Positions 1 to 10,252 of a stretch of 64,000 bases of DNA are shown here, in pieces (within the stretch, counting starts at the first letter, position 1; each line of letters begins with the position of its first letter). A program made the translations under genes and the position numbers. The DNA is taken from contig CAVRFW010000006.1 of assembly GCA_963720565.1 (NCBI GenBank), positions 15,521-79,520 on the forward strand, read 5' to 3'. Origin of the DNA: Candidatus Bathyarchaeota archaeon (GTDB lineage Archaea; Thermoproteota; Bathyarchaeia; Bathyarchaeales; Bathycorpusculaceae). A model generated the notes under the pieces. It made no database searches, was not told where the DNA came from, and saw only the letters and a list, made by a program, of their open reading frames with translations.

Positions 1-70
1 AGCAGTTCCCATCATCTGCGACCCAAAGGAAAGAAGACAGCTGACCAAACAAACAACTAGGCGCAGGAAG

Positions 71-703
71 TTACTCTCCAACCGTTTCGTCTGGTTCTCG
101 GTCGCTTTCTTCTTTCGAAGCTTCAGAGGGCAGCGTTTTCTGAGCTTCATGGCTGAGAAGCATTTCTATCAGTGCTTGCTCGTCTAGTTCAGCACGAGTT
201 CTCCAGTCTAGGTAGAGTTGGTTGTTCTCGTCTTGAAGTAAGTAGCCGTAACGAATGTAGCGGTCGATGTTTATGCCTACTTTCCATCCTGGAAGTTTCT
301 CGCTCAGTAGTTCTTCGACATCTTTTCTAGACGCTTGCCCCTTCTTGGAAACGATGTAGGAGATGGCAGCAGCCAATCCGGCTAAGTCGTCTATGCGCCA
401 CCCAATCATTTTCGTTTCCTTTGGTTGCAACTCGCCCCGCAACGTGATGTAGAATCGCGCTTTATCCAGCTCCTCCAGGGAGGGCTTTTCAACAGATGTT
501 CTTTGTTCTTCAAAAACCGTTTTAACCTTTAAATCAAGATTTTTCAAGTAGTCATCCAAAACATCCAGAACTTTCGGGTAGTCGGCCCCCAAGGTTTTAC
601 GCAGTTCCCAACCTTTAACCCCGGGCTTCTGATGTCGACTGTAGAATAGCATGTGAGTTGCGCGTTTCATTTTGCTGGCGTAAACACCTTTTCTCTTGCT
701 CAA
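71..703 (-). CDS. Putative KITE (tandem winged-helix, Nse1/Nse3/ScpB-like) subunit of an SMC-type complex
   Basis: ORF track 71..733. Likely start is TTG at 703, overlapping the kleisin stop (TTGA) after GAGGCGA. Two WH-like halves; the C-terminal IRYGYLLQDENNQLYLDWRTRAEL resembles the Nse1/MAGE WH-B wing. Third gene of the SMC-kleisin operon. Confidence 0.65.
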   Translation of the reverse strand: MSKRKGVYASKMKRATHMLFYSRHQKPGVKGWELRKTLGADYPKVLDVLDDYLKNLDLKVKTVFEEQRTSVEKPSLEELDKARFYITLRGELQPKETKMIGWRIDDLAGLAAAISYIVSKKGQASRKDVEELLSEKLPGWKVGINIDRYIRYGYLLQDENNQLYLDWRTRAELDEQALIEMLLSHEAQKTLPSEASKEESDREPDETVGE

Positions 704-1527
704 TACAATTCGCCTCTCTTCCATTTTTGCCAATCATCGTGCGGTACTGGTATCGGAATCGAAATTGACTGTTTTGTGGCGAATTTCGTGGATGGCTTAT
801 CAAATGGCTTGATGAAGATCTCTTCCTCCAGTGGCCTTATCTCCAAGGTTGCATAACCGTAGGTTATTAGAAAACTGGACATGAAAGCACGCTGTACGGT
901 TTCTTCATAGGTTTCCGCGCCTATAAAGTCCCAATAACGAATTTTGTTCACGTTCCCTTTCTCTTCAACTCTCGCTTTCAATTCCTGCCAGAGAAACTCA
1001 AGTTCATCAGAAAAAACCTTGTCTCCGAGAATGCGCTGCCTAACCAGTTCTTCTCTGCTAGTTGTTCCGATCCCGACTTCAGAGACAAATAGTTCAGGCC
1101 ATCTATCCTTAATCGGTATTAGTCTATCCCAATATTGCAAGGCTTCATCGAGGCTATGCAAGCTTAGTTGTTCCAATTGCACCAGTGGGTGCCATGCTTT
1201 TAGAAATACCCAAACAAGCTCTTCGCTGCTTGCTTGTTTAATTTTCTCTTCGAGGAGAAAAGGGTCAGTGTAAAGAGAGGTTGAACGTTGTTTAACCCAT
1301 TCACTCTGAAGTTTTATTACGGACGCCAAGTGGTGAATTGCTTCAGAATCAAGATTAAACTCTTCAGGGTTTTCCCACTTTGGAAAATACTCTTTCACTA
1401 CATTGATAATGTCGTTAATATTGAGCAAGAACGGATCAACCGTATGGTTTTCTATCGCTATGCACATCTCTATGATTCTCTGCAGTTTTTCTGTCCCGAG
1501 TTTCTTTTGTGCTTTTTTGGTTTCCAC
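700..1527 (-). CDS. ScpA-like kleisin
   Basis: N-terminal VDPFLLNINDII...EAIHHLASVIKLQSE resembles the ScpA N-helix region; C-terminal AFMSSFLITYGYATLEIRPLEEEIFI resembles the kleisin C-terminal WH. GTG start overlaps the SMC stop (TAGTG). Confidence 0.7.
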   Translation of the reverse strand: METKKAQKKLGTEKLQRIIEMCIAIENHTVDPFLLNINDIINVVKEYFPKWENPEEFNLDSEAIHHLASVIKLQSEWVKQRSTSLYTDPFLLEEKIKQASSEELVWVFLKAWHPLVQLEQLSLHSLDEALQYWDRLIPIKDRWPELFVSEVGIGTTSREELVRQRILGDKVFSDELEFLWQELKARVEEKGNVNKIRYWDFIGAETYEETVQRAFMSSFLITYGYATLEIRPLEEEIFIKPFDKPSTKFATKQSISIPIPVPHDDWQKWKRGELY

Positions 1528-3449
1528 TATGCAACCTCTCGCACTACAGATTGCCCTTCGACGTTTTGCACGGTTATTATGTTAGCATTTTCCTGAGCAA
1601 AAGTAATCTGGCTCGGTGTAATGACGATGTACTGTGCAATCGAATCCGAAATCAACGAGACCAACATTCGCGCAATCATCTCCCTATTTTTAGGGTCCAT
1701 GTGGATGTCATACTCGTCTACGGCTCTAAACGGAGATCGGACATGCTGCTGCAAAGCCAAAAGAAAACTCATCGTTGCAGTGGTCCGTTCCCCACCACTC
1801 TGTGTGTAAGCGTCTAATGGCACGGGTTTACCACCTTTGAAGCCAACGAGAATTTCCAAACCCGCGGTTTCTATGTCATGCCCATTAGCTAAACGAACTT
1901 CTCCCGCAGCCAAAGTTTTTCCCATAATTTTCTGGTATTCCAAATTTACACGGTCAAGTAAGCTCTGCATCACGCTGCGCCACGCCTGCATTCGAGTCTT
2001 GACTTCTTCCAGCGCTTTCAAACGGTTTTCCTCGACCACTTGTGCCTTTTCCTTCAACTCCAGATATAGCGAAGAATAGGACTCGTACATCCGCTCGATA
2101 TCTTCTGAAACATCCGCAAGCGCAGCCAGATGCCCGTCAGTTAAACGCATTTCATCAAGAACCTCAGACGCGCTTTTCACCACGGCTATCCTGACTCCAG
2201 ACTGCTCTGCCTTAAGAATTGAACTATCTAAGCTGTCTTTTGCGGTTTTGACTTGAGCTGTCACTCTTTCTAAATCTTCAGTAATGATTGCCTTTCGATA
2301 TTTCAGCAAAGCAAGATTTACCCGATTCTCCAGAATTTGGCCCGAAACCTTGTTGGCTGAATCTTCCGCGCCCTGCCACCTAGTCTTGTTCTGCCTAACC
2401 TGCTCTTCTTTTGTCGAAAGATTCTCATCTGAAGTAATCATTATGGCTTTCAGACTTTCAGCTCTGAGCAACTTAAGCTGGTTTGAGCTCTTTTGTATAG
2501 CTGATTCCAAGACTGAGTATTCATCGAGAATCTGTTTGCACATGCCTAGAGTAGACTCACTCGCAGCTAGAGAGCGTTCCAGATTGAGGCGTTCCTCAAA
2601 AAGGGTTTTCAACTCAGCATTCAGTGTTTCCTGTTGGTTTTGCCCAGTTTCAAGTTGATCAGTGGTTACGTTTGTTTCCTCTTCAATTCGGTTTATTGTT
2701 TCTTGTTCACGGTTTTTTTCGGCAAGCATCTCCTTGAAGATTTGCTCGCGCCGTTCAACTTCAGCCCATGCCATTTCACGGTCTAGAAAACGTCGTTTTG
2801 TCTGCAACTGCTTCTTTTCCTGATATTTCCCGTATTGTTCGCGCCAGTAGTTAAGCGTCTGCTCTGCAGACTCCATCAGTTTGCTGACTGATTCTTCCTG
2901 GCTTAGAATTCGTGTAAGTTTATGTTGTGCCTGCAGCACGTTTTCACGGAACGGTTCCAGACCTACTGCTGCCTCAACCATTCGAAGTTTCTCAAGGTTG
3001 GACAGGACCGTGAACTGTTCCACCATGTTCTGGTGCATAATAATCAGCATGTTGTCAGGATCAACACCGAACCTGCCTAACAAACGCTGAATATCCTGCT
3101 TCGTCGCTGCACGGTTCTCAAGCTCGAACCCATACTTTCCATCTCTGCGCAGAACCCTCGTGAGGAAAATCTGGTCTTTGCTGTATCTTGGAACAGGACG
3201 TTTTCCTCCTCGTTTGCTGTTGTTCAAGACAAGTGTCACACGAGCTTGATCTTTCCCCCATCGAATCAAGTCGCTGAGCTTTCTAGAACGTTCTGTATAC
3301 GATTGACCTAAACCCACCGAAATAGCCAATAGAAGAGAGGATTTCCCCGCTCCGTTCGGTCCTCCAATGACATTTACTCCAGATTTGAAAGGTACCCTAG
3401 CATATTCATAACTCATGAAATTTTCCAATCTAACTTCCTGTATCAGCAT
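1527..3449 (-). CDS. SMC-family ATPase, Smc5/6-like archaeal SMC-related protein (640 aa)
   Basis: LENFMSY, Walker A GPNGAGKS, Q-loop MHQNMV, long coiled coil, signature QSGGERT, Walker B SPFRAVDEYDIHMD and QYIVITP (Smc5/6-type TP in place of the H-loop). Confidence 0.9.
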   Translation of the reverse strand: MLIQEVRLENFMSYEYARVPFKSGVNVIGGPNGAGKSSLLLAISVGLGQSYTERSRKLSDLIRWGKDQARVTLVLNNSKRGGKRPVPRYSKDQIFLTRVLRRDGKYGFELENRAATKQDIQRLLGRFGVDPDNMLIIMHQNMVEQFTVLSNLEKLRMVEAAVGLEPFRENVLQAQHKLTRILSQEESVSKLMESAEQTLNYWREQYGKYQEKKQLQTKRRFLDREMAWAEVERREQIFKEMLAEKNREQETINRIEEETNVTTDQLETGQNQQETLNAELKTLFEERLNLERSLAASESTLGMCKQILDEYSVLESAIQKSSNQLKLLRAESLKAIMITSDENLSTKEEQVRQNKTRWQGAEDSANKVSGQILENRVNLALLKYRKAIITEDLERVTAQVKTAKDSLDSSILKAEQSGVRIAVVKSASEVLDEMRLTDGHLAALADVSEDIERMYESYSSLYLELKEKAQVVEENRLKALEEVKTRMQAWRSVMQSLLDRVNLEYQKIMGKTLAAGEVRLANGHDIETAGLEILVGFKGGKPVPLDAYTQSGGERTTATMSFLLALQQHVRSPFRAVDEYDIHMDPKNREMIARMLVSLISDSIAQYIVITPSQITFAQENANIITVQNVEGQSVVREVA

Positions 3450-3688
3450 TGCAGTTTTTCCTAGTATACAGCGCCGTTATTAGGGCAAATTCTCTTATTT
3501 AACCGAATTGGCAGAGTTTAGAATAAACAGGCTGGCTTCTAAAGACTTTGTTTCCGTCTTCTATAGACAGCAACTTGCTCTTTTCTGTTGAAACTTAAAA
3601 GGCCAAATCCGGCGCGCGCTAGCAGTGATCTGATGAAGGGAAATTTCATTAAGAGCATCATACTTCTCAATATGCTGAGGGCTAATGC

Positions 3689-4384
3689 ATGGTTGTTGCT
3701 GGAAAGATTTTCAAGTTTTCCGATAAGATGCTCATGGAGGACGTTGCTTCAAAACTCGATGGTTATCGCAATGAAGAGACTTATGAAGAAGAAGGTTACA
3801 ACTTTCAACTTTTGACAGAAATTACGGGTCTTCTGCCAAAGGGAAACACTCTCACAGGTATTTACTCGCACGATTATGTCATGCATGTTTTTCACAGAGG
3901 CAAAGTAGTACCATTACCTCGGACAGTGGAGGCAATATTCAGCTTTGCACATACCGAAAAGACCATGTTCTTGGCGGTTGTTGAGAAGAAGCGTGTGGCA
4001 AACTTTGTTGCGAACAAACTAAGTGAAATCCTTTTTGAAAAAGTTGGCGGGATTGTTGAAGCAAGGATACCGCCTGAAACGCTTAGGAGTTTTCACCTCA
4101 AGAATCCGGAGGACACAAAGATTACATTCTTCGACAACGTTGACATACCTAACGTCAACAAGCTTTCGCTATATGGACCTGATTTGGTGAATGCTCAATT
4201 GTTTGAGGACTATACTAAACATGGGGATTTATGGTACGTTGTTGCCCGATCAAAGAAAACAGGTTACATCGTCGGAGTCACCCGAGATGCGTCGGTAACC
4301 ATATTCAATCTTGGGGACAAGAACAAGTACGTGGAGTATGTAAGCAAGGAAATTTACCCGCTAATTTTGGAAACATCAGAATAA
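3689..4384 (+). CDS. Conserved hypothetical alpha/beta protein, divergent from the SMC operon
   Basis: 231-aa ORF with a natural globular composition; TATA-like CTTAAAA near 3594-3600. Confidence 0.75.
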   Translation: MVVAGKIFKFSDKMLMEDVASKLDGYRNEETYEEEGYNFQLLTEITGLLPKGNTLTGIYSHDYVMHVFHRGKVVPLPRTVEAIFSFAHTEKTMFLAVVEKKRVANFVANKLSEILFEKVGGIVEARIPPETLRSFHLKNPEDTKITFFDNVDIPNVNKLSLYGPDLVNAQLFEDYTKHGDLWYVVARSKKTGYIVGVTRDASVTIFNLGDKNKYVEYVSKEIYPLILETSE

Positions 4385-4597
4385 GTCCGCTTTGATTTTG
4401 GCTTGTCTCATCCACGCATAGAAAATGCAGCCATATGGCTTCAAATAAGAAAAAAATACTGCAGATAGTATCAGATAGCTATGGATTAGCAAGTTTTACC
4501 TTCGGCACCTAAGTAGACCTCAACAGCATATATTGTTGCTCGCCTTTTCATTGCGACGCAAATTTCAGGTTGAGCTAGCGCGTGTCGTTTCTAACTT

Positions 4598-5323
4598 CTA
4601 ATAAGTGACTTCCGCCAGTATTCTCTTAAGGATAGATGCTCCATGTCTCATTTTCAGTTTCTTCTCACCTATCCTTTGACGGTACTTTATCGGTACTTCA
4701 ACTATTGTGAAGCCTTTTCTCTCCACGTGGTGATTCAGTTCTACTTCGATATCAAAACCCTTTGATTTCACAGCCCAGTCTTCCAGTATTTCTGTTCTTA
4801 TGACGCGTAAGCCAGTCAACGGATCATTCATCGAAACACCGTTCAGCAAGTTGTGTGCAAAGGCTAACAGTCTGTTACCGAAGTAGAAGGAAGAGTGCAC
4901 AGCTTTCGGTTCGATCTCTCCGCCAAATCGGTCGCCGCAGACCATTCCCACTTGCGGGTTTTTCTCTAGTATCTCAATCATTTCCGGCACGTATTCGGCT
5001 GGATAAGTGTAATCTGCATCGGTTAGAACTACATACTTCACGGTTAAGTCTATATATTCAAGGGCTTTTGCAATTGCGTTGCCTTTGCCTGTGCCATCTT
5101 GAAAAACTATTTCTGCCCCTAGGTTTTTAGCGATTTCGACGGTTCGGTCTTGACTATGGCCGTCAACAACAAGAACGTATGGAACATCCACGTTATCTAG
5201 AAATTCGGTCAATGTAGGTCCTATACCGTGTTCTTCATTAAGTGCAGCAACCACTAGTTGCGCAGAATAGGTTTTTTCATAAATTGTATTTTTAGTTGGG
5301 TAGGACGAGTTTTTTATCAGCAA
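4598..5323 (-). CDS. Glycosyltransferase family 2 (DPM1-like polyprenol-phosphate glycosyltransferase)
   Basis: ALNEE, VVDGHSQDRT, GKGNA, DADYTY, DPLTG, GFDIEVE motifs. The ORF extends to 5452; TTG at 5323 after GAAGGG is the more likely start. Confidence 0.9.
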   Translation of the reverse strand: MLIKNSSYPTKNTIYEKTYSAQLVVAALNEEHGIGPTLTEFLDNVDVPYVLVVDGHSQDRTVEIAKNLGAEIVFQDGTGKGNAIAKALEYIDLTVKYVVLTDADYTYPAEYVPEMIEILEKNPQVGMVCGDRFGGEIEPKAVHSSFYFGNRLLAFAHNLLNGVSMNDPLTGLRVIRTEILEDWAVKSKGFDIEVELNHHVERKGFTIVEVPIKYRQRIGEKKLKMRHGASILKRILAEVTY

Positions 5324-5650
5324 GATTTGTTTCCCTTCTTTCGACCATGTAACACTATCGTGTTTATTGCGAAACGCGTTATAAGCCAAGTTTCTGAAAA
5401 ACGAATAATTTGAAGTCCGACATATTTCAAAAATAATATTGTGGAGCAGCAAGTCTCTGCGGGAACATCCGCCATTAATTAGCTGAAACGGTTTCTAAAA
5501 TTTTAAAATGTGAACATCAATACGTATGGAGCCATAATTATAGTGCAAGGTCATAAAATTGTAGAAAACCATAAAACTTGTGGCGTTTCTTGTTCTGGAG
5601 AGAAATAGTTGCGAGCGCGCTTTATTCAATGGCGACGCGTTTCTTGCCGG

Positions 5651-6091
5651 TCAAGTTATGCTGACGTTCTGAATATCAAAGTATCGTTTTGCCAAAAACC
5701 GCAATCGTTCTGCGTTTTTGCCGTTCTTGCCTATGGCGACGCCTTTGTCTTTAGGGTTAACGGTTATGACAGCCATCTTCTTTCCATCCATCCTTTCGGT
5801 TATGCGCACTTCTCTGACCGCAGCGGGTTTCAGGGCATTTTTCATAAACTGAACTGGGTCCTCAGAATATTCTAGTATTTCATGTTTCTTTCCCGTCATT
5901 CTTTCGAGTGTGTGAATGTTTCTGCCGCCCCTTCCAATGGCGACGCCTACTTGCCCTTGATTCACGATGAATATCGCGCGTTCTTGTTCCTCATCGATTA
6001 TGCAATCTTTAACGCTTGCGCCACTTATGCTTTCAAACAAAGCGATATAACGCATTTCGTCGGCTGTGATCTTTATGCCGTTTGTCATCAA
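5651..6091 (-). CDS. nusA: Archaeal NusA (KH domains)
   Basis: EMRYIALFESISGA, AIGRGGRNI and AIGKNGKNA KH motifs; follows rpl30e. Confidence 0.95.
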   Translation of the reverse strand: MMTNGIKITADEMRYIALFESISGASVKDCIIDEEQERAIFIVNQGQVGVAIGRGGRNIHTLERMTGKKHEILEYSEDPVQFMKNALKPAAVREVRITERMDGKKMAVITVNPKDKGVAIGKNGKNAERLRFLAKRYFDIQNVSIT

Positions 6092-6420
6092 GTTCCACCG
6101 GAGTGTTCTTGCATCTCGCTGCTTTCCATAGCTTTGAGAATCTCTGAGTCGCCCGTTTCTCTTATACTTAACGCAGAAATAATGAAGAGTTTATTGCATA
6201 CTTCTGCCAAATCCATTGATCCGCCTTTGTAATCCATAACGGGAACCTTAGAGAGTTCACCATAGAATTTTACTTGCTCTTTTATGTCTTTTGGACAGTT
6301 GTTGGCTAGAATAATCATCTTAGCCTTGCCTGTTTTGGCGCTTTGCAAAGCTGCGTTAGCTCCGAAGGACACCTTTCCTGTCTTCACAGCGCTTGCAATA
6401 GCCTTGTCGATGTTTATCAT
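6088..6420 (-). CDS. rpl30e: 50S ribosomal protein L30e
   Basis: AVKTGKVSFG, IILANNCP; lies between rpoA and nusA. Confidence 0.95.
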   Translation of the reverse strand: MINIDKAIASAVKTGKVSFGANAALQSAKTGKAKMIILANNCPKDIKEQVKFYGELSKVPVMDYKGGSMDLAEVCNKLFIISALSIRETGDSEILKAMESSEMQEHSGGT

Positions 6421-9400
6421 GCTTCAGTCTTACCTCCTTGTTCTTTCTGTTTCTCAAATGTAGACATGTATAATTCCACTAAACCAGTACCAATCGGAAT
6501 AGATTGTCCGACGATGACGTTTTCAGTTACGCCCTCTAGAGGGTCGCTCTCGCCTTTTACCGCTGCTTCGACTATGTTTGGCACAGTAATTTCGAACGCT
6601 GCTCGTGCGAGAACGCTTGCTTTTTTGCCGCTTATTCCATGTCTGCCGATTTGTTGCACTTCGCCAGTTGAAGTCATCATATCTGCCACGAGCATTACAT
6701 GGCGCACGTCGACGTCCAGACCTTGGTCTTCTAAGACTCCTTTGGCCTCATGAACCAATGCGTTTCTTGAAGCTTCTACTCCTAGCGTCTTAGCGATTTC
6801 ATGAACGTTGTTTGTAGTTGTCCGCGAAGTATCGACACCTGGTATTTCGAGAACTTTGGATAGATTCGAGCCGTCTGTGCGTATGACCCATTCTCCGCTT
6901 TCTTCGGTGACGAGTACACGCTTTATGTCGGGTACTCCTTTAACGTGGAAGGCTGGGATTTTTGCAGCCATGCGTTTTAGGGTTTCAACTTTCTTGGGCT
7001 TGATTTGCACAGTATCGTCCTTCACTTTTACAGTGGCATTTTGGATCTGCAATCTGCTTTCAAGTTCTTCCAAGGATATAGCTCGGTCTTCCATCATTGA
7101 CTTGTTGAGTTCGACAATGATTTCTTCTCGCACTGGATCTTCATAAATAGCTGAGGCTAAATTCTCCAGATTAGTGTAAATTATGTTGCGTGCTATTTCA
7201 ACTGCGCTTTCCTTGCTCTTCCTGTGTTCGCCGGCTAGGTAGATTGTCATAATCGGCGTTGACGGAATTCTTCTGGCGTCGACAATTTCTATTAGTCTTG
7301 GCAATCCCAAAGTGACGTTTTGTTCTTTCACCCCAGCGTAGTGGAACGTTCTGAGAGTCATCTGTGTGCCGGGTTCGCCTATTGATTGAGCTGCAACTAT
7401 ACCTACAGCCTCGCCTGGCTCCATCAAAGCGCGCTTGTATTGTTCGGCAGTTCCAAGAGTGGCTTTGTCAACGCCCTTTTTGCTGAGCTTGGTTTTAGCT
7501 AGGTTCTGTTTGAGTTGGTCAACGAGTATTGGTGTTAGTTGCCCCTCGACATCTGTCAAGTGTTTTTTTATGTATTCGGCCGATGCTGGTTCGCCTTTTT
7601 CTTCTCCAATCTTTATCTGGTCGATTAGCCTACTAACGTTCACGGCTTTTCCGTGATCACTTTTTGCGGGATCCACACCGTCTTCGCCATACATAAATTG
7701 GATTATGTCCCCAGCCGAGTTTCTGACAGTGCTATCGTATTCCAAGCGAATGTGTTCTAATGCGTTAATGAGTCGGCGCTGCATGTAGCCGCTCTGTTGC
7801 GTTCTGACCGCGGTGTCAACCAGACCTTCTCTGCCTCCCATAGCGTGGAAGAAGAATTCAATAGCATCTAATCCAGACTGATATGAGGAGTACACAAAGC
7901 CTCTTGCTCTTGGACTTGGGTCTCCGTCAGCGAAGTGTGGCAGAGCGCGTCCAGCGTAGCCTCTCATTATTCGTTTGCCTCGGACTGCTTGCTGCCCAAC
8001 GCATGCAGCCATCTGACCTATGTTGAGACTAGAGCCTCTCGCGCCCGTTCGAGTCATGACTATGCCCGCGTTTTCCAGCGTGAAATCTTGATCAGCAATT
8101 TTTCCTGACTCGTCTCTTGCAGTGGCTAGTTCGTGCATAACGTAGATTTCAAAAGATTCCTCAATTGTTTGACCAGGAAGTCGCGGTAATGTTCCCTTGT
8201 TCTTGCTCTCTATGAGTTCGTCTATTTTCTTCTGGATCCGCTCCATGGTCTTGTTCATTTTTGAGGTAGCCTTGGGAGACAAAACAAGTTGGTCATAGGT
8301 GTAACTGAAACCACGCATGGTGATGAAGAGTTTTAGCAGTCTTGTTGCTTTGTTTAGGAATTCGCGTCCGGCTTGAGTTCCGTAGTCTTTTATTATGCGA
8401 TGAAGCAAGCTTTCTGACTGCTCAGAGCCTATGGATTTTCGGTCGATAATGCCTGAAATTAGTTGTCCGTTCTTGACGACAACATAGGCGTCGTGTTTGC
8501 ATTCTTCTTCCTCGCATTTGGTGCATCCTTGACAGATGTTAGCCTTTAAGACGTAGTTTAGAGTCTTTGGTAGGAAGAGACTGAAAATCTGCTTTCCCCA
8601 CCACATGGGTTGAGGCTCTTTGATTTTGGGTTCAGGCAGCTCGTCCGGTGTATCCTGTTGTTGTAAGGATTCTGCTAACCTCTGCCTTTGTTAGGTAATT
8701 TGACGATCTAGTGAAGTAATATGCACTAGTGATGAAGTCTCGGATGGCCCCTATAATCGGTCCGCCAAATCTGGGGGAGAGTATTTGGTCTTGAACCTGC
8801 ATTAGCAGCAGCGCTTCTGTTCGTGCTTCCTCGCTCTGTGGCACGTGTAGATTCATTTCGTCGCCGTCAAAGTCAGCGTTGTAGGGTGGACATACGCAAA
8901 GGTGTAAGCGGAAAGTCTTGTAGGGCAAGACACGGACGTAATGTGCCATGATGGACATGCGGTGCAAAGAAGGTTGACGATTAAAGATTGCAATGTCTCC
9001 GTTCTTGAGATGTCGCTCCACAATGAAACCGAGTTCGACTGCTTCAGCTATTTTTTCCCGGTCTACCACGAATTCAAGCCTTATTCGTTTGCCGTCTGGC
9101 CTGATTATGTATAGTGCGCCGGGATAGTTTTCAGGACCGTTTATCACTAGTTTCTTCAGTTCTTCGATGTTCCATGCAGTGACTTTTTCGGGAATGGATA
9201 AGCGCATTGCAACGTCTCTTGGCACACCGACCTCGTTTATGTCCAAGTTAGGGTCTGGAGAAATGACTGTTCGTGCTGAGAAGTCAACTCTTTTCCCTGA
9301 AAGGTTGCTTCTGAAGCGGCCTTCTTTTCCCTTGAGCCTCTGTGAGAGCGTTTTCAGCGCCCTTCCTGAGCGATGTCTTGCGGGGGGTATTCCAGATGCT

Positions 9401-10251
9401 TCGTTGTTAAAGTAAGTGGTAACATGATATTGAAGAAGCTCTGACAAGTCCTGAATGATGAGTGTTGGCGCGCCTGCTTCCATGTTTTCCTTTAGTCTCT
9501 GGTTGATCCGTATGATGTCTACAAGCTTGTGGGTCAAGTCGTCTTCTGAGCGTATTCCAGATTCCAAAGTTATTGACGGTCGCACGTAAACTGGTGGCAC
9601 TGGCAAAACCTGTAAAACCATCCACTCTGGTCGAGCTGCTCGGGGGTTGAATCCTAAAATTTCTAGGTCCTCGTCGGAAATGCGCTCCAGTCTCTCTCGA
9701 ATCATGCTGGGGGTTAAAGGTTCAGATCCGGCCTCAGTTTGTTCTATGAACTTTGTGGGTTTCTCAAATGTGATTTTGAATTGTGCCGCTGCACAATGGG
9801 GACACTGCTTCGTCTTGATTTCAGAGATAATTCCCTTGAAGACGTCGTCGGGTATAGCGCCTAGAAGCTCATTGACTTTTTCAATGCGGACTTTAACCTT
9901 CTTAGCGGTTTCGTCTGATAGCAATATTCTGCCACAATTGCGACAGGTAGTTTTCAAAAGGTCAAATATTATTTTCGTGAATTCTATGTGCACTATTGGC
10001 ACTGCTAGTTCAATGTGTCCAAAGTGTCCTGGACAGCGAATTGCTGTGTTGCCACAAGTTTTGCATCTTTGCCTTGGTTCCAGTGTGCCCAGTCTGCCAT
10101 CCATTAGCCCAGCAGTAATCGGGGCACCGTCTTCATCATATGTGTCTGGAGTTTGAATTTCTACAACTGATTGTTTGCGCAAGTTCTTGGGGGAAATTAG
10201 ACCAAAAGAGATATCGTCAACAATTTTGTGGATTAATTCTTCTGAAGCCAT
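6417..10251 (-). CDS. rpoA: RNA polymerase largest subunit, fused A'+A'' (about 1277 aa), interrupted by one extra base near 8643
   Basis: ORF 8632..10251 carries the Zn ribbons and [13 protein letters not shown] 6417..8606 carries the bridge helix [10 protein letters not shown] and continues without a break into the A'' motif [15 protein letters not shown]. Removing one base in GGA-C-GAG restores [22 protein letters not shown]. Confidence 0.95.
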
Positions 10252-10252
10252 T

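Noticed and set aside
1-25. GCAG-ATGATGGGAA-CTGC hairpin or a gene start on the minus strand at the window edge
   Set aside because: Truncated by the window boundary and a poor match to the fluoride riboswitch or C box consensus; cannot be supported.
1527-3449. Calling the SMC-like protein Rad50/SbcC, or the operon Wadjet
   Set aside because: It has no Zn hook and a true rad50-mre11 pair is at 39434-42724. No JetD/Toprim gene is visible in the window, and the gene order and size differ from jetABCD.
3630-3650. CTGATGA...GAAA as a hammerhead ribozyme core
   Set aside because: Only 3 nt separate the motifs, so stem II cannot form.
6417-10251. Two ORFs read as a genuine rpoA'/rpoA'' split
   Set aside because: The break falls inside the A' region, not at the usual A'/A'' boundary, which is fused here; one base removal restores a continuous frame.
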